Positions 48,442 to 57,050 of a stretch of DNA of 57,050 bases are shown here, one piece after another. Positions within the stretch are counted from its first letter, which is position 1, and the number at the start of each line of letters is the position of its first letter. The translations under genes and the position numbers were made by a program. Where the stretch lies: positions 1 through 57,050 of the forward strand of contig JAUCBJ010003463.1 of assembly GCA_032718475.1 (NCBI GenBank), read 5' to 3'. The notes beneath the pieces were generated by a model. The model saw only the letters and a list, made by a program, of their open reading frames with translations, was not told where the DNA came from and made no database searches. The DNA is from Nemertoderma westbladi (Eukaryota > Animalia > Xenacoelomorpha).

Positions 48442-48633
48442 TTCGACTTAGATAGACGTAGATTACCACACTACTAAGTGTAGACTGCTATACTTATTAA
48501 CTGGTAGCCGCACTGCTAACACTGTTGACTATCCCACTACTAACTGTAGAAACCCCACACTTCTCTAATTGTAGACTACTGCACTACCAACCAATTATTA
48601 TAATTATATTTAGTAACATATAATATTCTGCAG

Positions 48634-48819
48634 ATGCCTGTTTCTGGTCAGAATGGACAGAGTGGTCAAACCAAGAAGTGTGTACAACACCGGATGTCGC
48701 AAACAATCAAATCCTAAAGCAACTGAGATGGAAGACCTGCCATTTCCACCGCTGGACCAATATATATGAAGGCCTTACTCAACTAAATCTTCTCTGTGAA
48801 GAAGATGATTTATTTCATG
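48634..48819 (+). CDS. PAN/TSP1 gene exon 4 (thrombospondin type-1-like repeat)
   Basis: ctgcag| phase 1-1 exon of 186 nt: ACFWSEWTEWSNQEVC...KQLRWKTC...LLC; donor G|gtatct. Confidence 0.78.
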
Positions 48820-49908
48820 GTATCTAAAGAAAGCAGCACTTTAAATAATAAGAGTCTAATTATAATAATATTAATTATTATTATTATTATAGTATTTTCT
48901 ATTTGTTAATGAAGAGGCACACTCTTAGAAATATTACGATTCTACCAGAGTGCCTGTAGCTATCTGAATTAAACACTATAGATCGGCGGGTGCTTCATTC
49001 TTACAACAATACCTATCCCTCCATAACAGTACCGACCACCCATAATAATACCAATAATTATTGAGTTTCTATGGCTACCAATTATTAAACCCGAACAATA
49101 TTGACTTCATAACCATGAACCATTTATGCTAAACATGAATTTTACACAAAATCACAATTAGCAGTTTGCAACATGCATTTTGCAGTAAATTTCAACCCCT
49201 ATATTTTATTCCTAACTTGTTTAACTTTCTCACCATTTCACAATATATTTTGTTAAGTTAATATATCTATCCATGGTCAAATGCTAGAATTATCACATTG
49301 CTCATTTAAAATTCGAAGGAGATCGTTACGAAGGTTACTAAAGGAGATCGTTATGAGCGAGTTTTTTCCTTTTAGAAATTCATGGTAAATTTGTTATCTT
49401 GTAAAGTTTATGGATACTGCTGTGATTTTATGGTAAAAAGGTGAAATAGTCATTGGATGCTAATGGTGAACATTTATGGTAAAAAGTTAAAAATATACCA
49501 ATTTCGCATTAAAATGTATAATGTATATGGTTGCTATGGTTGCTATGGTTGCTGAAATTAATAGTTTTTACGTTTAATCGCGTTTTATTCTCAAATAATC
49601 ATTATTGTAATTCATTTATCTGGGAAAATGTTATGGTAACGAAAGGCAATTTTAAGTGTTCATGGTCAGTAAACAAACCTGGTATAAAATTAACGTCATA
49701 TTGTGCATCTCTATTAATCCTATTAATCACAAAATATTTATCATACATGTACCTATATTATAATCTTTTTGTTTGATAAGAACTAATTTTTCTCACTACT
49801 GATATTTTTCCTCTTTCTCGATGCATGGAAAGCCAAATTAATGGGCGTGATATGATAATTTTTCCAGAAGGATGCATATGAATTATTTTGAATGGCGGGA
49901 ACTGGCTA

Positions 49909-50558
49909 CCATGGGTAATCTTCCACAGTAAACCCTTTCACTCTGCTCCTGAAGGAATGCCTGTTCACCACCACACCATGGGTGATCTTCCACAGTAAAC
50001 CCTTCCACTTTGTTTCCTAAAGGAATGCCTGTTCACCACCATGGGTGATCTTCCACAGTAAACCCCTTACACTCGGTTTCCTGAAGGAATGCCTGTTCAC
50101 CACCATGGGCGATCTTCCACAGTAAACCTTTCCACTCTGTTTCCTAAAGGAATGCCGGTTCACCACCATGGGTGATCTTCCACAGTAAACTAAAGGAATG
50201 CCTGTTCACCACCATGGGTGATCTTCCACAGTAAACCCTTACACTCGGTTTCCTGAAGGAATGCCTGTTCACCACCATGGGTGATCTTCCACAGTAAACC
50301 CTTCCACTCTGTTTCCTAAAGGAATACTTGTTCACCACCATGGGTGATCTTCACAGTAACCCTTCCACTCTGTTTCTTAAAGTAATACCTGTTCACCACC
50401 AGGGGTGATCTTCCACAGTAAACCCTTCCACTCTGTTTCCTAAAGGAATACTTGTTCACCACCATGGGTGATCTTCCACAGTAAACCCTTCCACTCTGTT
50501 TCTTAAAGGAATACCTGTTCACCACCATGGGTGATCTTCCACAGTAAACCATTCCACT
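49909..50558 (-). repeat. Second array (~10 units) of the SINE-derived 63-bp satellite
   Basis: Same unit as 11853-13963. Confidence 0.95.
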
Positions 50559-50862
50559 TAACACATAGCGGTAAAAATAATTATTTTTATTCATTGAATT
50601 ATTTTTAAAAGCGTGATAAAAGTAAATAAAAATGTATTTTGATTTAGATTATTTAGATTAGATGATTTTGAGTATCTTTTAGATTCATTAATCCGTGGAA
50701 TGCAAACTAAAAATTTTCTTAGGTTTAAAATTCTATAAATCCAAGGCTAATATATAATTTATATTCCAGTCAAAGATATGCATGAACTTAATTAACCCAT
50801 AATATATTTATGTTATCATATTAAACATAAAAAAGATAAAAAAAAAAAGATAAAAAAGATAA

Positions 50863-51122
50863 GGAGCAGCTTGGTCTAGTGGTGACATTACTGTGCTTCC
50901 GATTAGGGAGCCCGGGTTCGATCCCTAGATGGGGCAGTACTGTTTGGGCACAGTGCTTTAAATGCTGCAGCCTAGTCAAACCCCGGCTTTCATCCTTCAG
51001 TGGTCGATAAATGGGAACCAAGGCAACTTGGGAAACAGAGTGGAAGGGTTTACTGTGGAAGATCACCCATGGTGGTGAACAGGCATTCCTTGGCTTAACG
51101 AGCCTAAAAGATTCTCCCATTC
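50863..51122 (+). mobile_element. Full-length tRNA-derived SINE, parent family of the 63-bp satellite
   Basis: A-box TGGTCTAGTGG, B-box GGTTCGATCCC, central GGCTTTCATCCTTCAGTGGTCGATAAATG segment; flanking direct repeat ATTAAACATAAAAAA (50820-50834 and 51123-51137). Confidence 0.88.
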
Positions 51123-51228
51123 ATTAAACATAAAAAACACCTTCTACTTGATAACTGGCACCTATCAATAATATAAATACCACATTAATATCGAAAAAAA
51201 TATTTACATTAAATTGACATTTTTGTAG

Positions 51229-51398
51229 TTTCAGAAGTCCGAGAGTTGGTATTCAAGGACTGGGCTGGATCTCGTAGAGATGTTTTATTGCTTTGGTCGC
51301 TTGAAACCGACGAAGGATCAGAAGCGGTTCAGATGCCATTGTTAGAACCTATCACTTACAAATCTCAACGAGTGAACACTTGGTCTAACGTCAAGCAG
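51229..51398 (+). CDS. PAN/TSP1 gene exon 5; the gene continues beyond this point
   Basis: ttgtag| phase 1, VSEVRELVFKDWAGSRRDVLLLW...YKSQRVNTWSNVKQ, strong donor CAG|gtaaga. Confidence 0.68.
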
Positions 51399-52339
51399 GT
51401 AAGAGATAAATTAACTAAGTGTTCATTAATTTATACTATGAATTTATAAATTATGGCATTCTGCATCCAAATTACATCTTTATATTTTCCAGTTTCAACA
51501 GCAACAAGGTGGTACTTTTTATATATCTGGACAAAATTAGTCTTCAAAGTTGCGGACTCAAGGAGTGAATAAACACGGTGGACAGCCCATGATTTTCTTG
51601 AAAACGCGTCTTAGAGGAAACTGGCCTTAAAGATGCGGATGGCATGGATGATTAGGGATTTATGGCGGTGCAATTTTGACGACAAGCCGGCACAGCATTC
51701 TTAATATATATGTAATATATATAAAGCAGAGATGCAATGAGGCATGGTGGCATGCCGATGGTAGTACTGTAGTAGTAGTAGCCAAACCATAATAAATTCA
51801 AACTTATGGCAGTAGGGTGAACCTGTGATGGTATATGGCAATCCAGTCTTGATATGTGCCCTTACTACAGAGTCATTGATGGTTGAGGGTACATAAAGTA
51901 CAAGATTCAGTCTCCTGTACAAGATTCAAGGCATATAATTCAATGCTCACTTAACAAAGTAGGCATTGATCGTTCAATCTCGAGACTGATAAAGTCTAGC
52001 ACCTCCCTACAGGCACTAGGAATGAGACATACCTGCAACTGCCATTGTCAATCTCATCAGCATGAGCACGAATAGCTTCTAAGGCAGGGCCGTCAGGCGA
52101 TAGATGGTGGTGGTCAGCGATAGACATCCCACAAACCTTTCACTAAAAGTCACCAATCTTAATAAAATGAATTGGCGATCTACATGGCAGATGTCGAGCG
52201 GGATGTGTAGCTTTGTTCGTGGTGTGGCTAATGTGATGCAACTATTCAGTTATCTACTAAAACTAAAGCAATAGACTGCATCTATAGAAAGGCTCGCGTC
52301 TCATGTCCCGTCATGTCTCGTGGCTTCAGTCGGGAATTA

Positions 52340-52728
52340 TGTTAGCAACAATGTCCTGGGCGTTCTATTTCACCCCTCCACCTGTCCAGAGTTGTACACT
52401 ACCTTTATGTTAGGTTTATATTATATGCACCATATTTGGATCTAACTGAAATGGGTGCACACTGTACGTAACTGTGTCAGGCTGGTAGTACTGACGGATG
52501 AACCCAGATGGGAGATCAAAGAAACACACAGGTTGTTATTGCCGATTGCCTATTTTACTACATATACATTAGCAGTAGCCAGTTATACTGTCATACCTGA
52601 CTGCAGACTGATAGTTACATATCGAATCTACATTCAATTAAAATCACTGTAAGGGGCATTAACTAGGATCAAAAGCTCATCAAATCTCCTACTCGGCCTT
52701 GACTTGGTAAATCTCATTGAATCAAACA
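52340..52728 (+). mobile_element. Putative 5' LTR (TGTT...AACA) followed by a TGG primer-binding site at 52729
   Basis: ...TCAAACA|TGGTGTAGT immediately precedes the gag reading frame. The left boundary is a guess because the 3' LTR is outside the window. Confidence 0.55.
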
Positions 52729-55700
52729 TGGTGTAGTGTACATAGGGCCATACTTAGTCAATGCCAGGGAAGTTAAGTTAGTGGGTTGGGCGGGACCGCA
52801 CGAGGGCGAATCCGAGGTTAGCTCCGAGGATTCGGCCTCGTCGGTCAGCGAGGACCCCGGAAAGCGGGGGAAAGTTAGTAGGACGGAGGGGCGGCGGGAG
52901 TCCGTCGCTACTGATAAGTCTGCTACATCCTCCGCAAAAGAAAGAAGGGTGCAGGAGATAAATCTGGCTGCGTATGAATTAAAAACTAGAGAGATATTAG
53001 AGAGAACTAGAGAGAAATTAGAGTGGATAATGGGGAGAAGGAAGGAGCAAGAGAGTGAACGCGAAGAGCGTGAGGCAAGAGAACAGAGCGTGCGGTACAC
53101 GTACAGTACGTACAGCAACCGTACGGGTGAGGGGGGTAGTAGTACTGCGTTAGGAAATATTGGTATTAATAGTACCGTAGTAAATAACCCTAATCCCTTT
53201 ATTACAGGAAATATTTTACCCGGTAGTAGTAATTTAAGTTTAAATTCAAATAATAATATTAATTCAAATATTCAGAATAATCAAAATAATTCAAATAATT
53301 CGAATAGCAATTTAAATTTTGAAAATAATAATAATTCTAACTTAAATAATTTAAATAATAATCCCGTTTCAAATTCTAATAATTTAATTGATTTAACAAA
53401 TAATATTGGGAATGGTGCTATTAATGTGAACGCGTCAGACGTGTATAGCCCGGCAGACGGCGGCCTGGTAGGCCACGTAGTTAGTAGGCAGGAAGTGGCG
53501 GGGTTGCGCCAACCCGACGGCGGCCTGGTAGGCCACGTAGTTGGTAGGCAGGAGGTAGCGGGGTTGAGCCAACCCGAGGTGGGCCTGGTAGGCCACGCAG
53601 TAGTAGAGAGAGAGGCGGGGGTGAATAGACCCAGCCGTAGTAGAGACAGTGTGTCGACTAGAGAGGGGTGTAGAGACGAAGTAAGAGATATTGAAGTTAG
53701 ATGTGGCGGGTGGGGGGGGGGCTACGGGCGCCCCACCACATGAGATTAGCGGCGAGAGAGGGGGGGCAGAGAATGCCCCACAAGAGGGGTGTAGAAGTGT
53801 AGTAAGAGGTAGTGAAGTTAGAAGTGGCGGGTGGGGGGGGGGGGGCTACGGGCGCCCCACCACGGAAGGTTAGTGGCGAGAGAAGGGGGGTAGAAAATGT
53901 CCGACAAGAGGGACGCAGAATTGTAGTAAGAGATAGTGAAGTTAGAAGTGGCGGGTGGGGGGGGGGGGGGCTACGGGCGCCCCACCACGAGAGATTAGTA
54001 GCGAGAGAGGGGGGGCAGGGAGTGTCCCACAGGCGTCGGCGGATAATGCGCGGGCCGAATTAGGTAAACCGCAACACCCGGCGATGGAGAATAATAGGGG
54101 GATTGCGAGTATCCCCAGCGGCGTGCGATCGAGCAGAGAGAGACAGGTTGACGTCGCGAGAGGGCGGGCGACGGAACGTCGAGCCCAGTCAGAAGATAGG
54201 AGAAGATTAGTAGAGTTTAATAGAGAGGTCGAAGATAGAAGAAGATTAGCAGAGTTTAACCGAGAGGTCGAAGAGAGAAGAAAGGAAGATAATAGAAGAG
54301 TCGTTGCTAGGAGCAACCGGAGAGCGAGGACGGATAGCGAGCCGTCGATAGTAGAGATGGAGGTAGGGAGTCAGTGGGGTCGAACTTCGGGAGATTGCCG
54401 TCGCCCCGGAGAAACGCACCGCACACCAGGAGAGCGGTACAGGACGTACCGGTACGAAGAAGAGAACAGGAGATGGGATCGAGGGGAAACTTCCCGACGG
54501 GATGTAGCTGCCGATCGAGAGTACGGTAGTCGCGGGGAGATTCGAGATTCGCGAAGAATAAACTTCGGTTCGGAAGGGCACATGCAGACTGCAGGACATA
54601 CTGTAGGCCTTACTGCACATACTATTATAGGCCATGCTGGGAGAGATAGAGTAGGCGATAGGGTAGCGCGGACGACGGGATTAAACCCGGATGTCGCGGA
54701 GTACATACCGGTACGTAGGCGAGAGGTAGGTAGGCCTATATCGGTACAGCAGCATGACTATAATACACAGGGACATAACATATATCCAGGGGAGGGGAGA
54801 GTTATTGTAGATAGATGTATGGGCCCCAATATATTAACATCAACCCCAGTACCAAACATACCGGTGGGGGGGGGGGGGGGGGGACAGGGTGACATTCCCC
54901 CATCACAATATCAACAATATACCCCAATAGGAGCGAGAACATCGAACCCCTTGGACGAGAACAGATTGTGCGACACGGAAATATGGAGGGGGCCGTTACC
55001 CCCAATGATATATCCGACGCAACAAATAAAGTCAACAGCAGATAGGACGAACGGACCGCACCCAATAGGAGAGTCTGTACAACATCCATCGAACCCATTG
55101 GAAGCGCAAGCGATGGGAATGGCCACATTAATCGATGCATTAAAGACTAGGATCGAGTTACCACCCGTCGAACCATTTAAATTCGACGGGAGTAGGCCGG
55201 AAGAATACCTGCAGTTTCGGCGCATGTACAGCAACGAGATATTAAGTAAGAACTTGACGCAGGCGGAGTGCCTAAAATATCTGCAAGTATATACAGGAGG
55301 CCCAGCATACGACATCGTGAGGCAATACCAGGGCATCGAGGGCGGCTTCACGACAGCATGGCGGGCGTTAGATAGGGAGTACGGGCACCCAGCCAAGATC
55401 ATCCGGCAAACCCTGAGAGGCATAACATCGGATGGCCTACAGGATAATCCCGTTAGCATAAAGACCTTTGCGAATAAGGTCGAGAAGGCGTTAATCGTAC
55501 TGAAGACGCTAGACGCACCATACGAACTCAACGCGTCTAACAACATCACCACGATAGCGCAGGCACTGCCGATCTGGCTGCGGAGAAAGTGGAGGAAGAT
55601 CGCCTTCTCCACTCGAGAGAAGAAAGGTGCGGAACCGGGCCTAGAAGAAATGTCGAGCTTCCTAAACTATGAAGCCGAATTAATTACAGACCCAGTCTAT

Positions 55701-57050
55701 AGTGAGGATAGTTTGGGGAAGGCACCAAAGACCGAATACAACAGGCCTGGACCCGAACATAATCCGACAGACCCATTCTCGGGAGTGGGACAATCACTAC
55801 CACATGCGGCCACACAGGGGACTGCTAGTCCACAGTTAGCTGGTAGTAGGGCCACACCGTGGCAGGGACAGAAAGAAAATAACACCATAAATAAACATAA
55901 TCCCAATGTACCCAGTAGGCCGAATACAGACAACCAAAACACTAAATCGGTACATATAAACCTACGCGCGATACGTGAGGGACTATACAGGGAACGCTAT
56001 AATCCAGGATTCGAATGTCAATTACACCGGGACGGAACCCATAAGACCAGGAGTTGTAAGCACTGGCAAGCGTTGCCCAAACAAGATCGTGTAGCCTACA
56101 CAGACGCAAACGGACTATGTCATCGATGTGTGGTAGAAGGACACAGGTCCGGAGAGTGTAGAGAAACAGCAGCAAGAGAGGAGGAGACTGGAGGCCAAAC
56201 AGCAGCTAGAAGCACTACAGAAGAGGAGAAGAAGAGAAAAGTACTACTCGGGGTAGTACCAGTGAAGATATCAGGAGAGGGCGGTCGATCAGTAACGACA
56301 TTAATGCTGGTCGACAGCGGAGCAGCCTTCACGCTGGTGGAGAACTGGGTGGCCGAAGAGATAGGGCTAAAGACAAGGCCGAATAGAATGGCGGTGACTA
56401 CCGTCTCGAGTAAAGATGAGGTCCTGGAGACGAGGGCGGGGCGGTGCAGGATAGCAGCGATTGCACCGGGATGCGACTATGGGGCGACGATCGACCCCAT
56501 CCACGTCATAGAATCGATAAACATCAACGCCAGGCGACCAACCAACATTGAGGTCGAGCAGTATAGATTCCTGGACGGTATCGATTTCTCAATACCAAAG
56601 GTGGACGTTAGGAAGGTGTCCATTATAGTAGGAATGGACTGCCCGACGGCCCATGAGAGGATGAAGACGGTCTTCGGCGAAGACAGGCAGCGGGACCCGA
56701 CGGCGATCCTCACGCCGTTCGGATGGACGCTTAGCGGCCCAGTTAAAATCAACATCCCATGCAGTGTGACAGAGACATCTGGGTGCATGATACCAGGCAC
56801 CGAAGACGCAGAGGAAGTAGAGGAGAAACGAGAGATAGTAGAGCCAGATAGGGAGGTGACAGTAAGAAAGTGGGCAGAGGAGAGTAGGTTTCCCAACAAG
56901 CATCGGTATGGAGATGGAGCGGAGCGGATGGCGAGGTGTCCGGAGGACAACACTCCGGGGGAGTGCCCGGAGGAGTGTCTAGAGGAGTGTCCGGAAGAGA
57001 CGCAGGTCCGGTTTGGAGGCATACCGACAAGGGGGAAGTCGAGAAGGAAG
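52729..57050 (+). mobile_element. BEL/Pao LTR retrotransposon internal region: gag plus aspartic protease, running off the window
   Basis: Frame from 53946 appears open to the window end: ELPPVEPFKFDGSRPEEYLQF (Pao gag, ~55155), CQLHRDGTHKTRSC and LCHRCVVEGHRSGEC knuckles, LLGVVPV...LMLVDSGAAFTLV (DSG at 56313), LTPFGWTLSGP. Upstream ORF 52736-53743 is linked through frameshifts in G runs. Confidence 0.92.

Noticed and set aside
52729-52746. Assigning the primer tRNA of the LTR element
   Set aside because: TGGTGTAGT only partly resembles a tRNA-Ser 3' complement; it needs the host tRNA set.
53942-57030. Minus-strand ORFs over the retrotransposon
   Set aside because: Shadows of the plus-strand gag-protease frame, which the track omits because it has no stop within the window.

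Overview
AT-rich, repeat-dense animal (probably invertebrate) nuclear DNA with GC-rich exons and GT-AG introns. Host genes: a 5-exon DNAJC10/ERdj5 (minus strand, 20365-6160, ~765 aa, ends RDEL), head-to-head with a single-ORF ZSWIM2 (23113-24885); a single-ORF WDR60/DYNC2I1 (32270-29205); and a spliced, secreted PAN/apple + thrombospondin-1-type gene (44152->51398, incomplete) that the ORF track shows only in fragments. Most of the rest is mobile DNA and satellites. Bases 1-4688 look like one end of a Polinton/Maverick-like (virus-like) element, with an AGTAGTAG terminus, a ~300-bp branched terminal hairpin, a 1.2-kb doubly palindromic 22-bp array and a frameshifted zinc-finger/acidic/coiled-coil gene; it abuts an L2-group LINE fragment. 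Also present: a 4.4-kb Foldback/Mutator-type element with a 9-bp TSD and a possible mini-gene, inserted in a satellite that was amplified from inside a tRNA-derived SINE; an IS3EU-like MITE whose empty site is in the same window; a tandem Helentron-like pair ending ~20 bp before the PAN gene ATG; a P-element transposase relic; RTE-like LINE ends; and the 5' part of a BEL/Pao LTR retrotransposon. Family names come from reading motifs by eye, not from database searches.
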